IMG/VR virus record: IMGVR_UViG_3300035516_000278
Strand: one strand, 5' to 3'
DNA length: 64,000 nucleotides
DNA from: an uncultured virus (IMG/VR IMGVR_UViG_3300035516_000278)
Lineage: Duplodnaviria; Heunggongvirae; Uroviricota; Caudoviricetes
Below the pieces are notes generated by a model. It was not told the origin of the DNA. It searched no databases and worked only from the letters and a program-made list of their open reading frames with translations. Shown piece after piece: positions 31,100 through 44,700 of the stretch (positions are counted from its first letter, which is position 1; every line of letters begins with the position of its first letter). The position numbers were made by a program, and so were the translations under genes.

Positions 31100-34000
31100 A
31101 TGGCAAAACTAATCATGTGTGCCACTAGAGCACAGTTTGACAAGTAGACTATTCCAGATACTTCAATTGTTTTTATAAAAGACACTGGCGAAATTTGGAC
31201 ACATGGTTAGTTTTTTAGTGGAACTTCTAACTATGTGACTCTTTCTGGGGCATAGACAATTACTGGAGCAAAAACATTTACTTCAGCAATTACTGCTCCT
31301 AAGTATATTGTGAGTAGTGGAACCTCTTCACAATTCTTAAAAGCAGATGGCAGTCTTGATTCTACATCTTATGCAACAGTTTCTGACCTTGATGGATTTT
31401 ACAGAAATGTAAGAATTAGTGCTAACGAGGATCTTGATGAGAAGACTGCATCTGCTGCTTACTGGGTTCAAACTGATGGCCAAGCTAAATCAGTTTCAGA
31501 AGCACCTTTTACTACATCGTTTGGTATGTGGCGAATCTATTGTCATTTAGATAATGATATTTATAGATTACCTACAATTGCTGCTGATGCTTATGGTAAC
31601 GGCAAATTGTTTAACAGTCGTACTAGTCCTACAGAATGGTACGACATTATTACTTCCAATAACTATACTTCTTTAGTAAAGAAGATCGGTACAAGTAATG
31701 TTGGAGGCTCTGGAAATCCTATTTATTTAAAGTCAGGAGTTCCTACTAAATGTAATGACACATTATCAGTAAGTATTACAGGCTCTGCTGCTTCTGTAAG
31801 TAATAAATTAATATTAAAGATTAATGGAGGTAGTACAGAAGGATCTAATATATATACATATAATGGTTCTGCAGCTAAGACTTTAAACATAGCTCCTGGG
31901 TCTAACACATATTTTAATACATCTTCTGGAACATTTACCATCAACTCCTACGATTAGAAAGCTTCTTCAGGAGCTTCTACAGGAACTAAATTATTTCTTC
32001 TCGGAACTACTAGTCAATCTACCTCTGGGCAAACAGTTTATAGTAATGTAAATTGTTATGTAGGAACTGATAACTGTTTATATTCAGGAGGAAGTAAGGT
32101 ATCTGTAACAGGACATACTCATAGTACAGCAGATATTACTTCTTTATCTAGCTATACAATAGCTACTGCTGATAGCGATTTAACAACTAGTGATTCTTTA
32201 AATACAGCTTTAGGAAAATTAGCTTATAAAGGAAATCTTGGTGTTTCTGCCTATAATATAATAACTGCAGCAACAGATAGTGATGGTACTATCGAAAATT
32301 TAAATGAAGTATTAAAAGTTCTACAAGGAATTAGTGATACTGATACGATTCAATCTTTATTGGGAAAATATCTACCTCTTACAGGAGGAACTATGACAGG
32401 AGCTATTACTTCTTCCAGCTATTATGATTCCTCCTTAGCTGCACAACCTACTGCAGGAAAACTAGCAGGATTAACAACTGGACATTCCAGACTTTATGGT
32501 AATGCTTTATATATATCAAATCCTGCAACAGCTAATGACCAAGGTTGGATAAGAGTCACAGGTACTGGGGAGTCTGATACGGTGCTTGAAATAGCTACTG
32601 GAGATGATGGAGGATCAGGAGAAACAATTGTATTCAGACATTATAATACAAGTAATGCAGTTGCTTATCAAGTTAATGTACCAAAAGCAACCGGAACCAT
32701 TGCTCTTACATCATAGATTCCTTCTACTTTAAAGAATCCCAATTCTCTTACAATTCAAACCAATGGTACTAGTTTAGGAAGTTATGACGGTAGTTCTGCA
32801 TTAACTTGGAATATTACAGCTTCTAATGTAGGAGCTATACCCCTTACTGGATCTACTAGTATTTCTGGAGTATTACGTTCCTCTCAAGAATATCAATCTA
32901 CAGCTGCAAATGCTTTTCGTGCAGTTTATGGTAATTATGGGGTATTCCTTAGAAACGATGGAACTAATACTTATATATTATTAACCAATTCAGGAGATTA
33001 GTATGGCACTTGGAACTCTTATAGACCTTTAACTATAACCAATTCTACTGGAGTATGTAGTATTAATGGAAATGCTGCCACAGCTACTGCATTAACAACT
33101 AATGCAGGCAGTTCTACTTAGCCTGTTTATTTTAGTAGTGGTAAACCTGTAGCTTGCAGTTATAGTTTTGGTAATTCTTCAGGAAATGCTGCAATAAATA
33201 ATGGTACTGTTAATACTAATCTAAATGCAGATATGTTAGATGGAATACATGCTGATTCGTTCTTTAAAACGAAGGTAGGAAACATTCCAACAGCATATAT
33301 TGATAATGATTTATCAGCTTCAGGTAATTCTGATTATGCAAATTACCAATCTGGTACCTATGCTATTAGTCGTAGTGGATATAGCGAATTATTTATTAAT
33401 TTTGCTAGCGCTGGCTCTACATCAGCATTACAATTTAAAACTTCCTACGCTGATAGTGCATACCTTTATTTTAGAAAGACAATTGATTCCAATAGAACTT
33501 CTGGAGCTTGGAGGTATTTCTTAACTGATTAGAATTACACAACGTTAGTTCCAACAAAAACTGGTAGTGGAGCAAGCGGTACTTGGGGAATTTCCATTAC
33601 AGGAACTGCAAATTCGGCAACTAAAGTCATTGTAAATTATCATAACACTAATGATATTAAATATCCGTTAGTATGGAGTAATCAAGTAATTACTAGTACA
33701 GTTACAGAAAATTAGTTATATAAAAGTTCTAACTTCTATATTAATCCTAGTACAGGTTATTTGTATGCTACTGTATTTAGTGGAAATTTAGCAGGTAATG
33801 CTTCTACAGCAACTACTTTAGAAACTACTAGAACTATAAATGGTACAAGTTTTAATGGCTCTGCTAATATTACAACTGCTAATTGGGGAACTGCTAGAAA
33901 TATTTATATCGCTGATAGCAATGGAACAAATACAGGATCTGCTGTTAGCGTGAATGGTAGCGGAAATATCACTCTTAAACTGCCTTCAACTATCGTAGCA

Positions 34001-36640
34001 ACACTTAGTGGTAAGGCTTCGTATGCTGGGTATATTCCTTTGACCTACATGTCTATCGGTAGTACCTCTAGTTACACCGTCTTAAACGCAAAAGATGAGT
34101 TAACAACGCTTGTTGCAACGCAAGCGACTGGCGTAGGTCAAGCAATATATGTAAGTGCATCTGTCATTAATCAATGGAATAATGAGAGTGCAACCTTATA
34201 TGCGAGCAATGCTTACGCAATGATTAAGATTGGTGGTGCATACGTAGGCAGCACTTACGGACAATGGTTATTATCGACTTACGCATCAAATAGAGTTGGT
34301 ATAGTTGGACGTGATAATGATAAATGGGGTAGTATTAAATGGTTCGCTTGGACTGAGGATATACCAACAACACTTAAAAACCCTTACTCATTAACCGCTG
34401 GCTCTAAAACTTATGATGGTAGTGCAGCAGTAACTATTACGGCAGAGGATCTTGGTGCACTGACATCACATTAGAGTCTGACTAATTATGTTACTCTTAA
34501 TTCATCACAAACAATTACTGGAGCAAAAACATTTACTTCTAATCTTAATTCAAATGGCCAGGCATGTTTTAAAAAAGATTTAGGAGGAACCTTAACTGAT
34601 TGGCTTACTTACCAGCATCAAACTCCAGTGGAAATAGGACAAATATCTACAACTTGGAGAATTGCTATTGCTGTTACTGATGCTTGGGATACCGATAAAA
34701 AGAATTCTGTAGGTGTAATACAGATGAAAGGTAACTCGATTTCTAGTTCAGGATGGTTAGTGTTAAATCCTCATGGTCCTTATACTAATGTAGATAAGGA
34801 TGGTAATTCTGTTACAGGTTCTGTAGGTATTGGAATAAAAACTCCACCTAAAGCTAGTTTGCACGTAGGAGGAACTTTATACGCTACAGGAGCAACAACA
34901 CTTGATTCTACTCTTAAAGTTATTGGAGCAACTACTTTATCAAGTACACTTACAGCTAGTTCCTCTATATATGCTCCAACTTTCGTAGAAAATGGCACTG
35001 CGTTAAGTTCTAAATATTTAGGAATTTCAGCAAACGCAGCAAGTGCTAGTAAAGTAACTAATAATTTAACTCTCCAATATAATGGAACTTCTGCATGGAC
35101 ATTTAATGGTGATACAGCTAGAACATTAAATATTAAACCAGGAAGCAATGTAAGTGTTAGTGGGGATTCTAGTGGAAATATTACGATTGCTGCAACTAAT
35201 ACAACTTATTCTGCAAGTACAGGATTAACTTTATCTAGCGGTGCATTTAGTTTGAACACTGCAAGCACAAGTACAATAGGAGGTATTAAAGTGGCTAGTA
35301 CAAGTTACAATCCTACATTAACTGCTAGTTCTACAACTACTAAATGTTATCCTGTATAGCTTAATTCTTCTAATGTAGCTTATGTACAAGTACCTTGGAC
35401 TGATAATAATACTACATATAGTACAGTAACTTCTTCTGCAGCTGGTCTTGCTCCTGCAATGCCTACTTCTACTACAACAGTAATTGGCACACAATCTACA
35501 GAATATGTATTAACTACAACTAGTGGGGGTACTCCTACTTGGAGAAGATTACCTACTACGGCATTCTCTGATAATAATACAACTTATAGTGTAGCAACTA
35601 ATAGTTATGCTGGTTTAGTTAAACCTTGGTACAATCATACTGCTGCTTCTACTGGGCCTACTGCTGGAAGTAACTCAACTGCTGTAACTGTAAATCCAAT
35701 TACTACAACTACTGGTAGATATTATGCACTTGAAATGGATAGTAATGGTAGAGGATTTGTTAATGTACCTTGGCCAACCTACTGTGAAACACCATTTATT
35801 AGTGAAAAATATTATTTATCTGCAAATAAAGGTTTAAATATATGTTATTTGGGTTATGATAACATAACTACTTATTATAATGAATCTTGTTATATAGAAG
35901 GAGAATGCCTTTATTCTGGAGGATCATTAGTAATGACTGCAGATGATATAGTAACTTCTTCTGCTGCTGGTATAGTTCCTGCAATTACAATGGATAGTAC
36001 TACTATCAGTTCACAATCTACTGATTGGGTATTAACATCTAGAAGTGGTGCAACTCCTGTATGGAGAAAGTTACCATCAACTGCCTATGCAAATACTAAT
36101 ACAACTACTACAACTGGTACATCAAGTAAGACAGGAACTAAAATGTATTTGGTAGGAGCTACTTCATAGACTACATCTACAACAACCTACTCTAATGCAA
36201 ATTGTTATATTGGAACAGACAACTGTTTATACAGTGGGGGATCTAAAGTTTCTACTACTGATCAGAATTTGAAATATACATATTCTACATCAAGTAACTT
36301 ACCTTCTTATGCAGAGGTTCCTTTACTTTCTCCTATCTACAGTGGTGATAGTACTGGAACTGCATATGTTACTGCTGCTTTAAGAGTTAGTGTTGGATAT
36401 AGTCAATGTTACTTTTAGGTAGGAGATTCTACTAATAAAGGTGTAATACAATTAATTACAGGATCTAATTATTGTAATATTGTTGCCCCTGATGCATCTA
36501 GTTCCGTGGATTTGAAATTACCTTCTAAGTCAGGAACTTTAGCTACTACTGATGATATTGCATCTTCATATAAAATCGAAGTAGTATCTACATTACCTAC
36601 TAGTCCAGATTCACAAACTATTTATTTTGTAATATCTTAA
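31100..36640 (+). CDS. long tail fibre / receptor-binding protein, 1846 aa (TAG=Gln)
   Basis: Six track fragments lie in one frame. Contains YLPLTGGTMTG, NADMLDG, RTINGTSFNGSANIT and TYDGSAA fibre motifs plus internal repeats. Confidence 0.85.
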
Positions 36641-36641
36641 T

Positions 36642-37472
36642 ATGTCATATAAGGTTAATAAAATATTCAATGCTTCTGGAAAAAGTCCGAATACAATTGC
36701 TATAGCTACAGGAACTACTTTTAGCAGCCTTAAAGGAGTAAAGGCAGTTTATGTTGGAAGTACTTTAGTTTATGGTACTTTAGATGATAATAGCTTAGAT
36801 ATAAGTGTAACTCCTATTGCAACAGTTACTGCAAATAGTACATTAGGAATATATTATAGAGTAATTACTTATTAGGTTGCAGAAAGTGTATCAATAACTA
36901 CTGCATCTTCAGGAGATAGTTTTTATTATAAGAAACAAGGATCTTCTGGGTCAATAGTTTCTACTACTGCAGTTACTCTTGCAAAAAGTTCTACATATTT
37001 TATATTTATTCCTCATGGTAAAACCTTACTCTTTAAAGATTCTGAAGGACAAGGAACAATTACTGCAAATTCTAATGGAAGTACTACTTATAATAATATA
37101 GATGGGGGCTCTTTAAATGTTTCAAATTTAAGAATGTTTACGGTTATACTAACTAATACTTCTCAATTTAAATCATTTAGTTATGTAGAGGACACAGGAG
37201 TTACCTAGGATCCTGCTGGTGTGGAAAGTTATTCTGTCTACCCTAACAGCCATACTTATATTATTGACAAATCAACTTTTAGTGGTACTTTAGGATTATC
37301 TATCACAACATCAGACACTTATAAAAATACAGGATGTGTGGTTGGTTATGAATCTGATTTAATTTATTCTGATAACCCGTACCAGACCACTTTATATAAT
37401 AATACTTCAAAAGAGTTTACTTGTGCAGGATACACTTTTAAAGTACTTCCCCTTTATTTACTTATAATTTAA
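36642..37472 (+). CDS. tail-associated hypothetical protein, 276 aa (TAG=Gln)
   Basis: Fragments 36642-36875 and 37221-37472 are in frame. Confidence 0.7.
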
Positions 37473-37483
37473 ATTGAATAATT

Positions 37484-37771
37484 ATGGAATTTGAAATTAA
37501 AACCGCAAAATCAGCCAGATTTACTGTTAGTACTAAATCAGATATTTATGTTGTAGAAGCAGAACTTTCTGTAGAAGACGGAGTTGTACAAAATGCTTCT
37601 TCTGGAGTAATAAAAAGAGACGAAAATGTTATTGCTTCTTTTGATTATTATGGAGGACTTAATATTAATTACACAGCTCTTGACGATAATGTTACTCCTA
37701 TTACAAATATAATTCTTGAGTTTATTAAGAACACCAGAGAAACTACTTGGCAGGTTGAAGTTGCAAATTGA
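37484..37771 (+). CDS. hypothetical protein
   Basis: 95-aa ORF. Confidence 0.75.
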   Translation: MEFEIKTAKSARFTVSTKSDIYVVEAELSVEDGVVQNASSGVIKRDENVIASFDYYGGLNINYTALDDNVTPITNIILEFIKNTRETTWQVEVAN

Positions 37772-37872
37772 GTAGTAAATCTTTAAAAAATCTTATATTT
37801 GGGATAATTAAACACTTTAGTTTGGTTATCCCAAATATTATATATATACTTGCATAGTAATGTTAATGTAAT

Positions 37873-38322
37873 ATGACAGTAAATGAAATTTTAACTAAGC
37901 AGAACTTCTTGTCGAAGATTTTGTTTAAGAATGAAGGTAAGGATCTTTCAACAGACCTTAAAGTAAAGATTATGTCAATGCGAATCGAGTTCTCGAAGGT
38001 TCGTAAACAATTTGATGAAGATTTGCAAGAATTTGGTAAAGGATTGACAGATGATAAATTTACAGCCCTCTCTAATAAAGAAAACAAGACTGAGGAGGAG
38101 AACGCACAGCTAAATGAACTTACCAAAAACATTAATGAGGCTTATGCTAAGTACGCAAATGAACGTGGACTTGAGGAAGTCGAAGTTAAGCAGAGTACAT
38201 TTACAAACGATGAATACTTTGAAATTGTTGAAGTAAATGCTGGTGCTGACGTAGAAATTAATGGAACTAAGATTAGTTCTGGCGATTTTCTCGAAATTTT
38301 TTATAGTTTATTTGTTGAATAA
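37873..38322 (+). CDS. hypothetical protein, possible tail fibre chaperone
   Basis: 149-aa acidic helical ORF after the fibre genes; the function is inferred from position. Confidence 0.7.
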   Translation: MTVNEILTKQNFLSKILFKNEGKDLSTDLKVKIMSMRIEFSKVRKQFDEDLQEFGKGLTDDKFTALSNKENKTEEENAQLNELTKNINEAYAKYANERGLEEVEVKQSTFTNDEYFEIVEVNAGADVEINGTKISSGDFLEIFYSLFVE

Positions 38323-38330
38323 ATAAATTG

Positions 38331-38358
38331 AAGGGGACTCTAATCGGTCCCCTTTTTT
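38331..38358 (+). terminator. intrinsic terminator
   Basis: AAGGGGAC / GTCCCCTT stem followed by a T-run. Confidence 0.75.
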
Positions 38359-38367
38359 GTTATATAT

Positions 38368-41300
38368 ATGAGTGAATTTGTTGAACTAATTGCACAAATA
38401 AAATAGTCAGGAAATTCAAAATTCCCTATTGTTGATAGCTCTGATTTACTTGGAGGTTATATTCAAGTAGATACTCTTGAAGAACGTGATGAATATCTAT
38501 CAGTAAAGAAGTCCTTTGCACGAGAAGGTATGCGTTGTTATGTAAAAGATACAGACAGTGTATATGTTCTTAAAGACGATAAATGGATTGCTTCTAACTC
38601 TGATGGAAATGGAAACATTATTATTTAGGCAGAAGAGCCCGAAGCATAGGATAATACTTTATGGGTCGATACCTCTAAAGAAGATTCTATTTTAAGTAGT
38701 CCTTCAGTTATTTAGGACTTATTATCTGTTATAGGAACATTACAACAAAAGGTTAGAAAACTTGAATATGCTCTAGAATGTCATTTAGATTCTGGAGATT
38801 TTTCTAACAATATGTACACAGACTTTGAAGGTGTTGAATCTGAAGAACCTTAGTTAGGATCTTCTGAAGAGGATGATAACGCTGAATAGGAAGAGTATAC
38901 TAAAACAGAAGTAGCAGATGCTACTGAACCTACAGAATATAAAGATTATACTCCTAATTTAAAGCATTTAAGTGTTAAGCATGGAACTTACGCAGAAATG
39001 CAAAAGTATGCTGATGATTTTGTTGGCGCAGAATTACTTTGGTGTACTGATACTCAATCTTTATATATCAAGGATCCTAAAACATATAAACTAATTAAAA
39101 TAGGAAGTACAACTTCAAGTGACCCCATAATTATTCCTGAAACTACTATGGATGGTATTTTAACCGAATTATTTGGCAGCGACACAAAAATCGTTGGAAT
39201 TGAATTTGCTGATATGGCAAATACATCTAAAACATATAAAGTTTCTGTGTAGAATGGAGCTTTGAATGTTTACGATTATAGTTTAGATACAGCTACTTAT
39301 TTACCAGATACAAACAAACAGGTGGCATCTACAGGTGATTACTATACAACTTTATATGAACCTAAACCATCTGGAACTTCTACAAGTAAACAATGCCCTC
39401 TTGTTTATATAAACATGGTATATTGTGGGGAGAATGATGGGTATTCTCCTATTTCTCATAATTTTGTAGAATTATGTAATCTTACTGATTATGATATAAA
39501 TCTTAAAGGATTATATTTACATTACACTGAAAATGCTAAGGGAGATACAAGACAATGGATTACTTTACCATTGGAAGGATTAATTAAATCTAAGAGTACC
39601 TTCCTTATTAAAGGTTCTAAGGTTAGTAAACTTCCTAAAATCAAGGTAGGAACTCCTGATATGTATTGGACTAAATCACTTACTTCAAATAGTGAAATAT
39701 TTGAAACAGATGATTACTCAATTTGGAGTGATGATTTGTTGAATTTTAGTCATACTTGTTCCTTCTTTTTAAGTGGTGAATCTGAGGCTCCTGAAGAGCC
39801 GTGGAAGAAAGATATGATTGTTACTAAGGGTTATATTGACTTGGTAGGTTTTGGTATGTATAACAATGTGTCAATGCCTTGTGAAGGTACTGCACAGTCT
39901 ACTGCAACTTATGACAAATTGTTTTTACGTTACTATAATATGGATCCAGTATCTCAAGCTTATGTAGCTCCTGGTAGTAGATCTAATTACAAGGATTGGA
40001 CTTATATTGATTTAATTAATACTAATCAAAATATAAATCTCGAAGACTATACTCCAAAAGCATCTTCTGAAGGTAAAACAATCTTCTTCAATAAGAATTT
40101 ACTTACAGACGGTAAACCTGTAATTGTTACTTGTACTTTTGGATATAATGCACATACTACTCGTTGTTTTAACTGGGTATCTAAAGGTTATAGAGATGAG
40201 TATTTAATGTATAAGAAAAACTCTGATACAGAATGGACAACTGTAGAATCATTTAAAGCTGGTGACGGCAGAGCATCTAATAAGAATTGGAATAACTCTA
40301 TTTATAACAGAATAAGAAGCATTACAACGGATGGTACTGTATTTACTGTGCATAAATGTATTATTGATTTACCTGAACCTGATGATTCAGAAACTTATAC
40401 GTACAAAGTCGGATATAAAGATAATTGGACTGATGAAAGAACTTTTACTTTAAGAAATAGATAGAAAGTAATTGATTCTGGATTTAACTTTATATAGGTT
40501 ACTGATCAGCAAGGATTTAATGCTGAGGAGTATGAAACTTGGCGACTTGCTGCTGAGTTTATAAATAAGAATGAAAGCTAGTTTGATTTTACTATCAATA
40601 CTGGTGATGCAACTCAAAATGGTAATAGAATAAATGAGTGGATTGACTATTTTAATGCAGGTAAAGAGTTATTTAAAGATAAAGAGCAAATGTATACAGT
40701 AGGCAATAATGACCTTTGTCCTCTCACACCTTACGAGCTTGGAGATGGTAGTGACTTATCTAAGAATAACCCTATAAATGTATAGTATTTCTTCACCTTT
40801 GAATTTCCGTCAAAAATTCCAATGTCCAATGGCGGAGTCTATATTCCTTGCGTTTACAGCTTTATTTATGGTAATACTTATTTCTTGTCAATGAACTCGG
40901 AGATTACTTCCACTGCTGCAGCTTCTTTATTTAATTAGACTGGTGATAATATTTATTCTGTTACATTAAAGAATTGGTGTGATGAGGATTTAGCCAATGC
41001 TACCGACATTAAATGGAAAATTGCATTCTGTCATGAAGCTCCATTTACTATTAAAACCCAAAGTGATATTGATTCTTACTTAAATACAGGAGGAATACCT
41101 AGAGGAGGTAGTCATTTAAATACCGTTGGTAATTATTGGTTTAGTCATTGGCTTGAGGATAATGAATTTAAACTCTGCATTTGTGGCCATAAACATACTT
41201 ATTCCAATTCTAGACTTCTTAAAGAGCCTGACGATGATTCTATGAAAGTAATTGTTTATGATCCAGAAGGAGAAAATGCTTCTTGGTATTAGAGTTACTC

Positions 41301-41748
41301 AGGGGATTTATCTAAATACTTGAATTTAGTTGAAGTTAGTTCAGATGCTACATAGAATTATGTTAAGTATGTAATGTGCCAAGCTACTGGTTATAAACTT
41401 ACTTCAAATAAAGAATTACCTGGCAGAAACATTCCTTGGCTTTTAGAATATTATCCTGTAACAACAAGTGCAACAGTAAATAAGAATTAGCAATATCCTA
41501 ATTATATTAAATGGAATGTTGGTGTGGGAAATGAAACTGAAACAGGTACTCAGGAAACTTCTCGTGATAGAATACTTGGCGATTCTGTTAAGCTTTATAT
41601 AAATAGTAAGTCGGTTTCAGATTCAGCTAATTGGAGTTATAAATACAATAATCCTTACTCTGTAGGAGATATTAGTTCTTATGGAGGTAATGGAGAAACT
41701 AACTCTGGAAATAATAACATTATAGTTGAATATAGCTTATGGAAATAA
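38368..41748 (+). CDS. large protein with lamin-tail-like, FN3-like and calcineurin-like metallophosphoesterase domains, 1126 aa (TAG=Gln)
   Basis: NFVELCNLTDYDINLKGLYLHY (LTD-like); VTDQQG, NTGDATQNG, VGNND, FCHEAPF and ICGHKH metallophosphoesterase motifs. Confidence 0.85.
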
Positions 41749-44700
41749 AGCACTATAGTGGTGGTAAATGGATTGTAGATGGAGCATCTAATGCTTCAAG
41801 TATAGAACTTACTAACCCCGGATTCTTGAGTGAGTCCGGGGAATCCATTTCCGTAAACAATGGTTTTACTAAAATAGATAATAGATTATCTAAGCTAGAA
41901 AGAAATATAGCTTGGATTTATCAGAATGGTGCTAAAGGAGGAAGTGGGTCTGGAGGAAGTGGAGGTACTTCTACAGATTATACTTTTCAACTCATATCTG
42001 ATTCAACTTTATATACTACCACTGGGTCAGTGGATATTTCTTTTATTATTCAATCTGGGGGTACAAAGAAAAACTTTAAAGTATCTGTGAGAGATACTAC
42101 TTCTGGAAAATACTATGTAAGCTCTGTAACTAAATCTAGTATGGTATAGTAGAGTATTACTATAACTGGTATTACTTCTACAACAACATTAGAATTAAGT
42201 GCTTATGATTCTAATGAATATTATGCTACTCCTGTTTATATAAAAGTAAATTATGGATCTATAGTTTTAGGTATTAAGGAACCTAGTAAAACATTGGATC
42301 TTGGAGGTATTAGTGATAATGCTGTTACTTTTGATATTACCAATAACACAGGTAGTACAGTTACTTTGGAAGTTTACTGTAATGGTTCTTTAATTCGTTC
42401 TTTTGCTACTACTGCTACAAATACAACATAGCAATATTCTACTAGAACCTTAATTAAAGAAATTGCAGGATCTTTAGTTGCTGGTAAAGCTTATAAATTT
42501 TCTGCAATTCTTAAATCAGATTTGCTAGGATTAACTTCTCCTGAGAAAACTTTCTAGGTTACAGTAGTAAATAGTACAACTTTAATCCTTCTTGTAGAAG
42601 ATATTGCAACCTCTGAAGAGGAAGCAAACGAAATTCCTCAAGGAAATTCTCTATCGTTTACATATTATTTAAGTTACTCGCAGTCTAAATATACAGACTT
42701 TTCATATAAAGTTGATATATATGATGGTGAGGATATTGTGCAGACTTTTACATAGTCTAACCTTTCTAATAATACTAATTATTCATTTAGTTTATCTACA
42801 GTAAATTTTGAAGTAGATAAAACTTATAGAATAGAAATGGCAGCTTATGCAACATCTAGTCCAACTGATTCAGATGCTAGCGATTCTACAACTTTATATT
42901 TCAAAATTGTTGAAGGTGATTCAAGTTTGTTATAGGCACGTAGTGAAAATAATACAATGCTTATGCATTTTGGTTATTTATACTTTCCTACTACTACCAA
43001 TACTACTTGGACCTATACTATTCCTTCTGATCCTAATAATTAGTATTATTTAAGTAATGAAAATATTAGAGATAAATTCCCTAACGGAGTAACAATTATT
43101 CCATATAAAGTTGATGGTACAGCAACTGGATTTATTTCAGAAAGTAGTGGAAATTACTCTAAATATTTAAGATTATCAGGTGCTTCTTATGCAGAAGTTG
43201 ATGCTTTTAAACAATTACTCAATCGTTCTGATATAAATGAAACAATTCTTAGTTCTGGAATGAGCATTCAATGTACATTTAATGCAACTTCTGGAACAGT
43301 TTTGTGTCTTGGAGAATATAAGGATTCTTCTTTATATACAGGATTTGAGATTACTGCCGAAAAAGTATCAGTAATGACAGAAGGTAGAGAAATGTATAAA
43401 AATATATCTTCTGGAAAAGTTAATACCGTAGCTTTAAATATTAAACCTGCAGGAACACTTGGATAGTACTATTACTTTATTCTCTATATAAATGGTACTA
43501 TGGCAGTTGCATCTACACAACCTATATCTTCCGTAAAGTTATGGTCTAATTTAAACAGATCATTATTCTTAGGTTGTAATGATGAACTTACTAAAAATGG
43601 TACTGTAGATATATATGATTTAAAAATATATACTAATCCCTGTTCAGAACTCACAATAGTTTAGAATTATATACAAGCAGACACTTATGCTAATATTGCA
43701 AATGGAATTCCTGATGATACTTCATTAAAAGAAAAGAATCTGTTTGTAAATAATAAATGCGAATTATGGGATTATAATACAAATGATTATAAATCTGCAT
43801 CAGAATTATACTCATATTTTACAAGTAGCACTACCGAATTTAAAGACTATCCTGTAGTATTAGTTGAAGAAACTTCTACTTCTAGTGAATTTGAATCTTA
43901 TGTAAAAGCAACATGGACTCCTACTTAGATTAATTCTAGTTAGAAATTTCCATGCTCAATGACTCTTACATCTAAGTATGGTACCACTACTATTAAAAAC
44001 GGAAACCAGGGAAATGGTCCTTAGATTTCGTTACAAGGTACTTCAACTTTAAGTAATGATTCTAAGAACTATGAATTTTATTGTGGTAATATTGGTAATA
44101 CTGATTATCCTGTATTATTCTGTCCTGGTAAAGTATCTGTAATGTCTAAAGATGATTCAGATAGTTCTGATGATATATTACAAGAATGGATTCCTGAAAA
44201 TGAATTTACATTTAAATCTGATGTTGTAGATTCAGGACATGTAAATAATGTAGTAATCGGTAAAGTTGTTAATGAATGTAATTTATTTGATGCAACTCCT
44301 CCAATGACTGCAAATTTATGGACTAATGGAGATCCTAAAAAGATTGCACAACGCATTAAATATACTTCTGATGGTTTCCCTTGTTTACTTTTTATAAAGT
44401 TTGCAAGTGGTGCAATGAAATTTTTAGGTATTTATAATTTCAATTTAGGACGTAATGCCTATTATAATCTTGGGCTAAAGATTCTTAAAGATTATGAAAT
44501 ACCTGAAAATCGTGCAGACAATGCTCCTTTCGTACTTGATTCTATGACTAGTGATAATGATTTACCTTATAGTGAATTTACTAGTGCAGAGTTAAATACT
44601 TATTTTCACTAGCAAAGTGGCGATCCTATTTAGGATACTATTTAGGCTGTAGAGAATGGTTCTTGGATTACAGTATCTAACGGAGGCAGCAAAGATGCGG

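Noticed and set aside
29375..36640. Tail-fibre repeats as a diversity-generating retroelement or invertible cassette
   Set aside because: The repeats differ at many synonymous positions rather than only at adenines, and no reverse transcriptase or invertase is seen in the window.
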